Source: a virus. Taken from it: a stretch of 41,872 nucleotides of DNA. Positions 41,838 through 41,872 of the stretch are shown here, in pieces. A program made the translations under genes and the position numbers. The notes beneath the pieces are model-generated. The model was not told the origin of the DNA. It saw only the letters and a list, made by a program, of their open reading frames with translations, and ran no database searches. The DNA is taken from positions 1 to 41,872 of the IMG/VR virus record IMGVR_UViG_3300048599_000085, one strand, 5' to 3'. Position 1 is the first letter of the stretch; each line of letters opens with the position of its first letter.

Positions 41838-41872
41838 CTTGTCCGACGCGACGGCTCTCTTGGCCTTCGGCG
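41746..41872. repeat. Left part of the 203-bp perfect direct repeat (= 1406..1532). The last 36 nt equal window positions 1..36.
   Basis: Compared by eye, identical over 127 nt. Confidence 0.9.

Overview
The window reads as one complete temperate phage genome of about 41.84 kb, with no host flanks. The first 36 nt are identical to the last 36 nt (position 1 = 41837), which suggests a circularly closed contig. It appears to be in the non-integrated attP form: a 48-nt 3' fragment of tRNA-Val(CAC) lies just downstream of a tyrosine integrase, with phage genes on both sides. GC is about 60% and the gene families (DUF2312/GapR-like, DUF551, HNH-AP2, Ea22-like) suggest an alphaproteobacterial (Rhizobiales-like) host, which I cannot verify without a search.

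Layout:
- Lambda-like switch at 5.1-5.7 kb. A short XRE-type repressor and a Cro/YdaS-like gene are divergent, and twin promoters PL and PR share one design and one 16-18 bp palindromic operator.
- PL early-left operon, all on the minus strand: 5103 down to 1, wrapping to 41836 and down to 36706. It holds many small translationally coupled genes, a DNA methyltransferase, xis and int.
- PR early-right operon, 5.7-13.7 kb: DnaA-domain-IV protein, Erf, YqaJ exonuclease, SSB, NinB, HNH, VRR-NUC, GapR-like, Rha, replisome organiser with internal iterons, and a possible late regulator followed by a terminator.
- P22-like virion module, 14.2-30.9 kb: TerS, TerL, 745-aa portal, scaffold, P22-type coat, 472-aa gp10-like hub, ejection-protein-like genes, glycine-rich and collagen-like fibres.
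- Lysis cassette, 31.2-33.9 kb.
- Minus-strand cluster of small Zn-ribbon/DUF551 genes abutting attP.

Most interesting observations:
1. The first PL gene encodes a pentapeptide-repeat (DNA-mimic fold) protein built from 23 near-identical 15-bp tandem units.
2. Homing-endonuclease load is very high: 7 genes plus 1 remnant, each a low-GC island. Several are fused in frame to duplicated pieces of neighbouring genes (VRR-NUC 5' end, TerS-like N-terminus, Ea22-like tail). One is a 532-codon chimeric ORF that closes only across the circular junction.
3. attP is well defined, with arm-type repeats and a hairpin beyond the core.
4. The integrase has Ser in place of the conserved Arg of the HxxR motif.

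All functional calls come from motif recognition by eye; no searches were run.
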